Of a DNA stretch of 64,000 nt, positions 51,791 to 63,319 are shown piece by piece. The first letter of the stretch is position 1. Each line of letters opens with the position of its first letter. Source of the DNA: Phallusia mammillata. Lineage: Eukaryota. The notes beneath the pieces were generated by a model that made no database searches, was not told where the DNA came from, and saw only the letters and a program-made list of their open reading frames with translations. The stretch is taken from NCBI GenBank assembly GCA_965637545.1, contig OZ281501.1:15128001-15192000 (forward strand). Direction: 5' to 3'. Made by a program: the position numbers and the translations under genes.

Positions 51791-51922
51791 ATGTGGAAAG
51801 ACTTAGTGAATTGCATTCCGTTTTGTGACGGCGAGGAGAGATGGATCTTCAGCTGTGTAGCTTGTTGTTATGTCGTCTTCAAGCTTTTAAAGCGTCGCAA
51901 GGAAAGGAAGCAAGACGACCCG
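51791..51922 (+). CDS. Candidate alternative first exon, MWKDLVNCIPFCDGEERWIFSCVACCYVVFKLLKRRKERKQDDP
   Basis: AAAATG start, 44 codons ending at CCG|gtattg phase-0 donor, in frame with exon 27; GC-richer than surrounding intron; hydrophobic Cys-rich stretch then polybasic patch. Confidence 0.55.
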
Positions 51923-52104
51923 GTATTGCAGATTAGATTGTGTAAAATGATTAGTAAAGTATATAGTAACCGAAAAATATTAAGTTTTGTTAAATCGGTC
52001 ATTTATTCGAATAGAATCTCATCAATTTGACAATACTATATTATTAGATTAAAGAATTAATTTATCTGATATGCTGGTGTTATAGAATCTTTTTGTCTTC
52101 TCAG

Positions 52105-52190
52105 GTTGACTTCCGTTCTGTGTTGAGGAGCACTTCAGCCGACCGAGACTTGGGAAGAAGGGGTGATTCGACCGGATCCGAAAACTCGGG
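52105..52190 (+). CDS. MYLK: Exon 27, DFRSVL repeat
   Basis: tctcag| acceptor, GG|gtaagc donor. Confidence 0.9.
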
Positions 52191-52390
52191 GTAAGCAATA
52201 ATATCGACACATGCGTAATATGCCATTTAAACAAAAAGTAGTGCTCACGAAAAAATAGAATCTGACTGCCTGACAGTTGGATATGTGTAACTACCACCGA
52301 TTTGCGAGATTCTTGGTGCTGCAATAAAGTGATGTACCCCCATACTTCGACTGTATACTTAATCGCACCTATTACTGCTAATAAATTTCT

Positions 52391-52417
52391 TTTGGAACAC
52401 TACATACGGATCTGTTC
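52391..52417 (-). mobile_element. Terminal fragment of the same repeat family
   Basis: TTTGGAACACTACATACGGATCTGTTC identical to 57715-57741. Confidence 0.65.
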
Positions 52418-52556
52418 TTAAATTGCTTTTGTTTTTGATGAACACCTTGGTTTTGAATATATATGTAGGCTACGTATATTAATATCAACTTGGTGTATTT
52501 TGTTTCTAATTGTGCTAAATCATAAGATGGGAACCGTTTTATTTCCGTATGCGCAG

Positions 52557-52687
52557 CGAGGACCCTGGAATGATCTACAAGGAAGCTTTAACTACTACCG
52601 TGAAAACGAAAGCTCTCACTGAAGAGGAAAGAAAACGTATGAAAGCGGAACAGAAAGATTTCAGATCGAATCTTGTTCGTACTGTTG
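52557..52687 (+). CDS. MYLK: Exon 28, TVKTKALTEEERKRMKAEQKDFRSNL repeat
   Basis: gcgcag| acceptor, G|gtaagt donor; hallmark MLCK actin-binding repeat. Confidence 0.93.
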
Positions 52688-53134
52688 GTAAGTTTAATGT
52701 CTAAAAGTTTTCATAGATAGAAAACAAAAATTTCTAAACGGTTTCTTCTAAACTTGAATCACATTAATAAGAGTGTAGAGTTGTTTAATAAACAAAAGTA
52801 AACGTAGTTTCGTTTTACTTTTTAACAAATCTACGTATTTGAACAAAAACCAGTTAACATACTTGCTTCTATAAATTTAAATTTCATCCATCATTAGCTT
52901 GTGCTGCTTTGTTTTTAACTAACACATTCCCGCCGATAAAAACTGTGCTATGCAGTGTAAAGTTAAAATGTTTACGTTTTCTTGAAATACTTTTTAGCAG
53001 CTTGCAATTTCAGTAACTTAACAATACAGAACAACAGCTACTTACGATACTTTGTCTTTTTCATCTTTTCATTTAACAGGCTTAATAACCTTAACACCAT
53101 AAAAAAACCTTTTCCACTTTTCACTCACCTTTAG

Positions 53135-53346
53135 TAAATCCTGAACACGCAGAGACGAAAACCGATGTAAAAAGTCGAGGACCGGAACAAAAAGACTTCC
53201 GGGACGAAGCGTTGAAGACTAAAGTGCAGACCAAGGCATTGGGTCAAGAAGATTACAAAATCATGCACGGAGAACAAAAGGACTTTAGATCAGAAACTAT
53301 CAAAAGCAAAGTTGTCACTAAGTCGTACAACGAGGATTTGGTGAAG
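53135..53346 (+). CDS. MYLK: Exon 29, two variant repeats (EQKDFRDEAL, EQKDFRSETI)
   Basis: ctttag| acceptor, AAG|gtataa donor. Confidence 0.92.
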
Positions 53347-53693
53347 GTATAAGAAAATATGACTTTTAGTTGAAGCAATTGTTTGTGTAGTGGTTTGCTG
53401 TACTTTGTATGTGTAAATAACGTGCACCACTATTGGTACTGTTTACAAATGTAAACAGTGTGGAGTATGTGGGAGAATTTTGGTTTAATTTCTACTCAAA
53501 ACTTAAGGGAAAATCTTTAAAGAGTTTAAAAAAGCCTTTTATTTCTGCTTAAGTAGGCGTTATTAAGGTGTCGTTTCGTGTATGCTGGAATAGTTTAATC
53601 CCATTTTTTTCCTTATTCTCATGTGCTAAAAATAGAAGTTTTTGCAGTTAAAATGACACAAACATTAGTGAACACTGTTTCTTATATCTGTAG

Positions 53694-53984
53694 GCAAAAC
53701 GCGCCGAACAAAAGGATTTCCGGAACGTTCTTTCTCCGACTAAACGCGAAGGGGATGAGGATAAGCATAAAGATACGGAGCATGGAGGTACATTGAAACT
53801 AGCGGAACTGCCGAAAGCAAAATGGAAGAAGGGATCAACCATGGACCACAACACAGTAGCAACAAAACGTTCACGTCGTCGGGAAGTTGTCCCTGAGAGG
53901 AAGATCCAGCAAAATGGCGATGAACAGGACGAGGAACCAGTTGGAACTAAACCTCAGTTTGTTCAACCTTTGGCTGATATGGAG
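53694..53984 (+). CDS. MYLK: Exon 30, EQKDFRNVL repeat, charged linker, start of Ig13
   Basis: ctgtag| acceptor, GAG|gtaaga donor; ends GTKPQFVQPLADME. Confidence 0.92.
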
Positions 53985-54546
53985 GTAAGATATAATGGTC
54001 TTCTTGTCTGAAGGTGCATTTTTGGAATAAGTTAAAAATCGAAAGCTAACAGCCTGGCTATACTAGCCTTTACGGCTATTGTCTGGTCACCAGCAGCACT
54101 AATTAGACCATGTATGCCAAAACGTTGTATACTGTCTTCTCCCATTTAGTTAAGTTGTGCCGAACTGTTCACAGTAAAATAGGAACCAAAAATTAGTCGA
54201 GAAATCGTCCTTTACCGCCCTGTACCTAATACTAGAATTAAATTTTTATTCTTATGGGAAAACCCAACAAATAAGTTTACGCAAAGCAATCCAGATAATA
54301 TATCACCGTGCCACAACTTGTATGATCAAAACAATAGTTGATGTTAATTGTGAAATAAAACAAAATAAATATAATATCCGCTCGGACAAAGTAACAACCG
54401 AATCCAGATTAGGCTATAAAAATACAAGTGGAAAAATTCTCTGTGATTGTGATTCGTCCGCGACGTACAACACAAAATCAATTATTTCATGTTATGGTTA
54501 TCCGAACATGTTCTTTTAACAAATTGTTGTGCATTTTTTTTCACAG

Positions 54547-54670
54547 AACAAAGACGGTGAACCGTTCGAGCTTGTTTGTCACGTGACTGGAGAGCCAAGG
54601 CCCGAGATCACGTGGTTTCTTGAGGATGAAGAAGTAAAGGCCGAAGCCGATATTGCTATCACATACGAAG
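54547..54670 (+). CDS. MYLK: Exon 31, Ig13 middle (ELVCHVTGEPRPEITWFL)
   Basis: tcacag| acceptor, G|gtaaat donor. Confidence 0.93.
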
Positions 54671-55168
54671 GTAAATACAAGGCTTAAAATGGAAAATGCT
54701 TTCTGGTTAATGTTATTGTTCAACTAGGAAGTCAAACTTTTTTGTGTGTGCTAATAACCGCGTTTCCTTGTAACGGTTGCAATTGTTGATGTTTGACGTT
54801 GTTAGGGACTTTGTCTGACTTTGTGATTTCCTTAAAAAAAGCACATTTTGTTTTCCATTTTAATTTTTTTCCTGTATTTACGAATTTCACCCCCCTTGGT
54901 CAAGATAGAGTAATTCAAAATTCTTCAAGTTTTCGCTATTGTTGGTTATTATACATTTTGATCCCTGTTGAAGCCTAAAAATCGTTTTAGCAATGATCGT
55001 TTCTAAGCCAAAATTTAGGCACAAAGATTGACCATTTTATTAATATGTTTGTTGCATTCCACAGAGATTGTCAAAACCAATTTAATAAATCATATTCAAG
55101 CCGCTATAAAGATGTCTATCACATTTTTACATGAAAACTGTGATTTTTATGAAACTTTGCTTTTTCAG

Positions 55169-55291
55169 GGGATGTGTGCCGACTGTCTGTGACGGAGAGC
55201 TTTCCAGAGGACCAGGGTAGATACAGTTGCACAGCCCGGAACGACCACGGGCAGGTCACGTGCTCGTGTTACGTCACAGTGCTTACTGAGG
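55169..55291 (+). CDS. MYLK: Exon 32, Ig13 C-part (DVCRLSVTESFPEDQGRYSCTARNDHG); last MYLK exon found
   Basis: tttcag| acceptor, strong G|gtgagt phase-1 donor; read-through would give GESA-stop at 55303-55305. Confidence 0.93.
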
Positions 55292-55699
55292 GTGAGTCGG
55301 CGTGATCTCTAGCGCCGCTGCGTGGAGCCCCTGCCGTAGCGAGACAAGAAAAAATTCGAAACAAAAAACTCTGACCAGATTTGCGGCGCGTGCGTAAGAC
55401 AGAACAGACACCTTTTCACTCCCCCCTGCTTGCACCCCCAAACCACCCCCGAAATGCTTTTACCCTTTTTACCATTCATATATTATTCTACTTCTTATTA
55501 TTATTATTTGTATTGTTATCCGAAGGCCGACTAATTCTGTAGCTGCACCCGAAGTACCATTTGCGTTGCCAGCCGATTAACTGTGTATGAAAACGTGCAG
55601 GTGTTATTGCCGCAATTGAAACTTTCTATGCGTAGCTTCACTCCCCCAAAAAACCTTACGAAAAGCACCCTAATACTACCGCTCACGAAACCGTTGTAA

Positions 55700-55745
55700 A
55701 TTCTAACGTCATGATATGTGACGTCATGCTCGACCCCTCCCCCTT
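55700..55745. promoter_or_regulatory. CRE pair plus C-rich box downstream of exon 32
   Basis: ACGTCA 55706, TGACGTCA 55719, CCCCTCCCC following. Confidence 0.3.
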
Positions 55746-57714
55746 TTCATATGTGCTGCTTCAACTTGGTGGTGACGCAACAATAAAGGGCTATGATGTA
55801 AGAATGCATCTGTGTCTTTGTTGCTTAGTTCGAGGTCAGGCGAGATTTTAGTCAGGGATTTAGGCGGCTACGGTGGTCCAGGCTTCACGCGGCGCTCGCT
55901 TATGTGTTCTGCTATGATTGTGATGCCACAGCGATGTGCACGCGTCGAAGCATGCATTGCGATTTGGCGTAGATTGTGGTGTGAGAGTAGAGCAGTGCAG
56001 ATGCATTTAAGATTATGGAAGTAACTGATGATTTTTATGAATAAGTGATTATTGTCAACAATACAAAGTTATCTACAGTGAAAATAGCTCTCGAAGAAGG
56101 CTTGTACATCCACCTACTACTGTAAACATAAAGTTTTTAAAGCGAAACCAAAAAATGATTATTTAGTCAAGCATTACTGGTGGTCCATATACAAATTTAG
56201 GGTAACATAGATTTTTTCCTAACAAATATTACTAGCGTTAGACATTTTAACATTTTCATCACACTAGAAGCGGCATAGAGCCACTTGCAAAGTAAAGTCG
56301 AAACGTTGGTTCACAAACAAAGGATAATACGTTGAAAAGTAAACCTTGACAGCTGTTTCAGAATACTTGTTGCAGTTCTTCACAGAGTTTAGGTAATTGC
56401 GTACAACAAACACACAGCGCTTTGTATTTCACGTATAAAGCACCTGCAACTGTTTATCTTATTACAATCTACTTGTATTTCCACGTTGAAAGCAAACGAT
56501 CGAACAATACGACAAAAGAGGCTTTGAAATTCCAGAACACAAGAAACAAAAAAAAACTATCTTTTTTGACTTCGTGAATACAAAGCTAATAACGTTGAAC
56601 ATCTTTAATCGTTCAAACACTTTTCAAAGGTATTTTGTAACTAATACACAAACCTTATTTCATATGTTACAAAATAGTTTTTAATTAGTCAGTTAAAAAC
56701 CCACTAAATGAAAAGCTTAAGAATAGATTCAAACCTGGCAATTCAATATCGAAATTTTACACAACCTTAAACATATCTTAACTTTCGACAAACAAACTTC
56801 TTGCATAAGTATTTGGCAACTTGCGCGTGTAAACGAGCCATAGTAGTGGGAGAAGGAAAGAGAAAGGCAGGAGGAGCAGGGAGCGTAACCTACATCCGGA
56901 TGGGGGAGATTTGTTGCCAACTAAAATACTGAGCTTCAAACTGCCGCTAAAATGCGTGGGATTTTAAAGCTGTTGCGCAGGGTAGTTATGGCAACGGAGC
57001 ATATTGCTTTTTACAAACGTACGAAAAAGTGCATTAAATACAAGCTTTGCATTTTCTGTAGAGCTTTTGCGTACACTAGTTCGTAAAATGTGAGGCATAT
57101 ATTTTCGTTTTAGGTCATTTTTTTGCTTACATTCTTTTGAATTGTTCTTGTAGGACGCTTTGAATCAATGGCAGTCAGAAGTCCCTTTACATTAATTTGA
57201 TTTTATTTCTTACGACGGAGGGCTATAAACCTTATGCCTTGCTGTCAGTATGGTTTACGATTGCATTGGGCCCTATCAATTATCGATGGAAATGTCATTA
57301 CATTGGGTAATTACAGGCTGACGATTCCTCTTGATTTACTTGTCTCTCATCAGATCCGCGGTGTTAATGCTGTAAATGTAGTAAGGTTTATTCAAAGCAG
57401 TTGCCAGTGAAAAATGGTAAGGTTAAAAAATACAAAGAACATTTATCAATATCTAACTTTTTATGGCGATGGCCCTATACAGGCTAAACTTGTGCCAGTA
57501 CCAGATTGGCCGCTATTTAACACGAGGTAATTGAGTTTCCGCTTCACTACACGATATAATGTGTGATCGATTTATCTGCTAATCCTGTTGTTATGAGGAT
57601 TATATATGTGAGGAATAGCGTTTATTCAGAAACTTAAGAAACCAAACACACTAAAACTTTCATAAATCGACCTAAATACACACTAAACGTACCCCTTACA
57701 AAAATATGTATTAC

Positions 57715-57863
57715 TTTGGAACACTACATACGGATCTGTTCATAAGTTTAATTTATGAAAATAACGGTGCATTTTAACGTGTGTAATTGATGTGGCTGTC
57801 ATTTGAACAATAAAGCATGTCGCTTTTTACTTTCATTTGGGCCGTCATTTTTATCATTAAATG
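57715..57863. mobile_element. Same repeat family, inverted arrangement
   Basis: TTTGGAACACTACATACGGATCTGTTCATAAGTTTAA ... TTTGAACAATAAAGCATGTCGC...TTTGGGCCGTCATTTT. Confidence 0.72.
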
Positions 57864-60800
57864 TATTACCTTACATTTGAAAAGAATAACGTTACTATTG
57901 CCAATAAGGTGACAACGAACTAGTGTGGCAATATGATTATTTAGCAAATTTGGTTTTGTAAACATTGTTGTCTATCTCGTTGCTTGGTTGCCAACTGTCA
58001 AAGTGTACAATCCACAAAAATGGAGACACGCACGAACCGAGGTTGGAACAGGAAATTGCAGGCCGCACTCGCAAAGGCCCTTTCATGTAAACGCCGCATT
58101 ATATCACACTGTAGCCATATGCAGTAAAGCATGACTGCTGGTGGCCCTAACTACTGTCTGCAGGCTGTGCTTGCATGAAAAACCGTGCGACTGGAAGGTT
58201 ACGTTGTGCAAAGCAGGATATGTTATGGCTTGATCTTATTTCAAAGTTTAGTTGTGTGTAGCTATAGGCATAAGTTGGCAGTGCAATAGGAGTCGAATGG
58301 CGTTAAGCAGTGATTGGCCTTTCTGTTTTCCAAAGTGTTTCTTAAGACTAGTATAACATCAGTGAAATATGTAGTGTGTCAAAAAGCAGTGTTTGATTAC
58401 TCTTGGGCATTGGCCGTGTTTTAGTCAATAGTTTGTCAGTTAAACAATCATACAAATACAGTGACAAAGTTGGGAAAGCGATTGTTTGGTGAGGTAACCT
58501 GTTCGTTAATGTTTTGTACACAAGCCTGGAGACAAAAAAAGTCGCGTAAAACATATCAATAGTAAGTTCTCAAACTTACATGGCAGTTGTACATAAATAG
58601 TATGCTAAAAAAATGTCTTAAAATGTAGTCAATATCCTTATAGGCAGTGATTACACAGAGGAAAGGTCCAGAAGTACCCTGTGCACATCTTGCAATAAAC
58701 AAACTGGCCGGAAATATATCATCTGTTAAACTGTCGTTTTTGACCAGAAGTTGCTGAGTAACGACAGCAAAAGGCAAAAGGCAAAAGGCGGAAGTCAAAC
58801 TCTGTATAAAGTTACCGTAAAATGTTCAACAAGTGATTAAGCGGCACCTAACAAGTGGTTACTGCAGAAAACATAAGTAACGAATTTCTACATAAACACA
58901 TACAACATCGTTCGGCTTTAGTAAGATCATGGAAAGATAAACAGTGTAGGCGTTGAGTTGAAACTGAAAGAATCCAAAAACGCGGTAAAGTGTAACAAAG
59001 TGGATTGTGTTTGTTTAAGTTAGTTAGAACTTTAGTAAACAACAGTATTTGTAGGATAGCATACGTTCCAAATTTTAACTAAACTAAATCTTTTTTTTAC
59101 CTAACATGATTTAGAATTTGTTACCAGTATTCCTACAGTGTCCAGCATTTCACAGAATTATTTGTTAGGTAGCTTTTTCATCATACTTGCCATACTTCAA
59201 TTTTTTATGGCGTGATTTTAATATCCTTGCCAACGATCGTTCATGCTTGACAACGTTCCAATGAACAATTAATTCTAGAATTTGCGGTCACCATGAGTAT
59301 GACGTCGTTCCTGGTGATAGCTATTGTTTCTTAGTTCTTTCTGCGTCGCTGCTTAATCATGGGGGAATGTGTTTAGGTACAACAATAGCGTTGGGCTTAA
59401 GATAGTGTCTGTAGCATGCGGTGGTAACTAAATAACTGATTTTAAATCTGGTTTGCCTAATGTTTTTCACTGTGAGTTTTGTAAAATCACTCAAAAAAGT
59501 GAAAGATATATCTGCAATGTAGGTTCTATACGTTTACAAGTTTCAGAAATGAACTTTTACCCTGACTTTATCAAGGTATCCGACAGATATTTTTGATTTT
59601 CACTTACAACTTGGTTAGTAAAATCTCTGTCGATTTAGTATTGTCGTGTCCAGTTCATGAAGCTATTCTAGGCCTACGTGATAATTTAGGTTAAGTTTGA
59701 TTTGTGGTAAAACTAGTAGAAAAACAACACAGTAATTACCAAGCCGCTAATATATCGTTAGATTTATATGAAAAAATGTCTCCGTTTAAGTTCCATTGCA
59801 CTATAGTTGCATCATGGTTACATTTTATATGTAATCAACGAGTTTTAGCTGTGAATTGATATTCTTGGCTTTGCTTGCATATAAATGGCACACTTATAGG
59901 TCAATGTGGCTCTTATTGGGTGGCAGTAATTGTGGACAAAATATTTCGTTTCACACTAGCTAAACAGCTAGAGTAAAAACTATTTTAAATGCTTTGACAT
60001 AAATTATTACCATTTAGTCGATGTAGTGTATCCACCAGTTATATATAAAAAGTGCTATTATTTGCCACTGGACCATTACGCTGTAAAACCAAGTTCTAAA
60101 TTTGAATTCTATTTTATCTCACAACGGATTTGGGTTTTCCGAAAAACGAAGAATGTCTCGCTTTCTAATCCGCCTATCCCTCGACCGCAGTAAAATAGAA
60201 CCACAGTTAAGTCGTATTAGCATACAACGTCGCCCGTTATAGGTTGTATTTTCCAGCTCAGTCGCCTTCAAGACGTTTACGTTACACGTTGTCACTTCAT
60301 GAACGGTCTGACTCGTGTCTAAATTAGCCTTGTCGATCGATCAGTGAAATTTCGGTCAACTTTTGATCAATGCATGCGATGATGCTAACATGTACGTGAT
60401 CTTTAACTTTGGCAAGGTCATGTCACTATTTTTGTATACTATACTTCATTTGTTTACAAAATGAAAATTGGATGGAAAGTCACCGACTGCAAGGTTTCAA
60501 AGCTGAAAAATTCTTGATCAGTACACAACTATTAGGCAATGGTTTCAAAAGATGTACATTTTCTTGAATCAGGAATCTGATGGTACAAGCCAGGCAAAAT
60601 GTTTATTAATAACCATACGGACTGATTTTGTTTTTCACAAGGATTTAAAGCTCAAGGGTTGTATATTACTCAGGTATTCGTCCACTTAAGTGTAGATCAA
60701 TATTTAATATTTGGGCTCTTCTGGTAATATCCTCATCCTAATAATCAATATTTGTTTATTTGGGCCGTCATTTGTAAGTTTCAAATGGCTAATACGGCAG

Positions 60801-63319
60801 CTCGGAAAAAGCTATGAGCATTATGGTAATTTAAACAGTTTTATTAACCTGGTTGTTTTATGTACCTTTGCTCAAACAGCTCTGCCCGTTTGCCATTGCC
60901 CTGCGTACATTAGACATGCCATTTTTAAGAGGAAGTGATTGTTACTCAACTTAAACAAATAAACAAAACGTTTGAGAGGAAACCGTACTTCCACCCCAGT
61001 GCTTGTAATATACAGGTCTTGTGTGCAAAATTTTTCCAGTAAAACCAAGAACATTTTTTGTCTGCAATCCCCACTGGTCATAGGGTAATCACTTCGTCAC
61101 ACAAATTCCCTGTAAAACTGTGGCAACGTACATAACACGACCGGAAAAGTTTCACGCCTAAGTTACTTTCCTACGACCTATTATTAATAACATCCACTTT
61201 GTATAATTCTAGGCTAAATATAACTGGAATATCCTTAAACAGACACTTGCAAAAGTCATATCAAGAACTTTTTTTAAGGTGAAATTAAACAATCTTTTTA
61301 CTTGTCGTGTGTCACATAGCAACTGTTAAATAAGTTCATTATGGGTCCTCTTCCATGATATTCCACCTTTCTAGTTAGAAAGCATTAAAGGAGATTTTAA
61401 CTAACAATAGCCGTTAGTTCAATTCGAATCCAACATTGTTGCTTATCGCAATTATGTGTGATCAAATGCCTACTTCGAGGCATTTACTAATCTTAAACTA
61501 CGGCTGTTCGCGAAATGGAAGCATGGTAATTGGGATATCTTTTAAATTAGCAACATAGCCACTTCAGGAAAATGACACTGTTTAGGTTTCCGAACGGGGC
61601 ATTTGTATTGAACTTTCACCTTAGAAAGTGCAGGCCAACATGAATCAGTGTTTTCTAAACTTACAAATTCAGTCATAGATAAAGCATGTGAAGGACAAAA
61701 ATATCTAAGCGCTACTAAGAATTTGATTAATTGGTTTTCGGCACATGACAGGAAGAGCGGACCCCATGACTTTCAGTTCGATGGAGCTTCAGATATCATA
61801 GTTATTACCTACTTATAAGATAGGGTAGTTTGTATTCAGTGGTTGTGCACATGCATAATATCGTTATGTAAGTGCATCTATAAGAATGTGTGGAATTTGC
61901 GAGAGTAGAATCTTTGATTATCGTATTTCTGACCCGTGTTCAGCCAGCCATGTTCTTTGCCTACTCTTGAACTAGTTCGATGTTTTCAAGCAACACACAC
62001 ATGCTGCATAGGGACTAACTTTCCAGTTTGCAAGAATTTGCAACAAGGCAACTTAGAAAATTCGTACATCTTGGCCTTGTATCAGTTACTACGCATTGTT
62101 TGCATTTTGAAATCAATTCCAATTTAGCTGCTACACTTTTATTGTGTGCAGTTAGGTTTGGACTAATTTTCTTGATGTAACATTGGTTTGTTGTGCAAAA
62201 GCTCAAATGCAACTGCTGGAAATATGCTGAATGCTAAAATACATCTGCAACCGCAAAATCAGATTTTCGCTACTTGAAGAAACCCATTGTTTTGGTCGCG
62301 ACTTATCTTAAGGACATTATAGCCTTTGGGCTTTAGCACAAAGTTTCAGGTTTATTGCCGAAGTTTTTTCATATTTAACATATACTTAGAGGTTTTTATT
62401 GTTGGATATAGTTTCAGAGTGGAAAGATGTGTTCGATTATTTCGATAGTGTCAGGATTGTTATTGCCACCATAATATTTGGACAATAAGCAGGCAGGAAA
62501 GAGCTTTTCCATGTTACGCCGTGTTGTGCATGGATTGCTTGGAAGGTATTCAACAGTGCATTGGAACTTATATTTGCGAAATTGTTGATTAGGTCGGACA
62601 GTGCGCATCACTTGAACTGTAATATGTCTTCATGTTAATTAGCAAATCTGCTTCAAGCTACTTTTTTGTCAATGTGACTCTTTTGCTGTAAAAATTAAAA
62701 CTAGCTGGTTAGCTGGTTTTCGATTTAGCTTGGTTTAGAGATGTTAAAGAAACCGTATTTTGCAACACTGAAAAGATTTAGAGTGTAGCTGCAAACCGTG
62801 CACACTGTCTCGGCCTATTCAGTCTCATCACTCAAGCTGATAACAAGGCATTGGCGTATGGTCTAGTATAGCCAAAAAGTAACAGACTAAAAAGCACCCT
62901 TGTATAGGATGTGACATTTTATACACTATAGCAAACGTTGCCGAAATATTGTGTATATTCTTCGTGGGCTTGGCCCGTTTTTCAAAGTTATTCTTCTTGC
63001 AATGTGACAGTTATAAACGTGAAAAGTGTACTTGTGGCGTCATGAAACATACAGAAAGTTTGCCGGAAAACGAAACTGGTTACGGTCAAACCGTGGAGCT
63101 CCAGAGGATGTCACATACTTTCGACTATACGTAATCTTTAAAAAACATTCTCTTTGGTTGGGTAGATAGTAGTGAGAACTATGTGGGATATTTAACATAA
63201 TGTTTACCTTTGATTCCATGCAGATTTAACGTTAAATCTCCAAATCATTTACACTAAATTAAAAACCACAAAAATGTCACTGCAATTTAAACGTCCTTCG
63301 AAGGAAAGTTGAATCCAAG

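Larger units (their letters stand above)
4866..55291 (+). other. MYLK: Long MYLK/MLCK-like gene span (32 coding exons traced, 3' kinase part not in window)
   Basis: Manual exon threading with GT-AG sites, all phases consistent, 5572 nt. Architecture: 12 Ig, DFRxxL repeats, Ig; C-terminal Igs align by eye to remembered vertebrate MYLK Ig4-Ig7 (ITWLLDG..ALPEDEG; EVFPEDSGTYSC; DGDPSPSVQW; GDVCRLSV..FPEDQG). Confidence 0.9.

Noticed and set aside
56953-56982. MRGILKLLRR as alternative MYLK first exon
   Set aside because: Phase-0 donor is incompatible with the phase-1 acceptor the next MYLK exon must have; only 10 codons.
58620-58720. LCTSCNKQTGRKYIIC as a piggyBac-like Cys-rich tail
   Set aside because: Too short, stops on both sides, no transposase body or TTAA-flanked TIRs.
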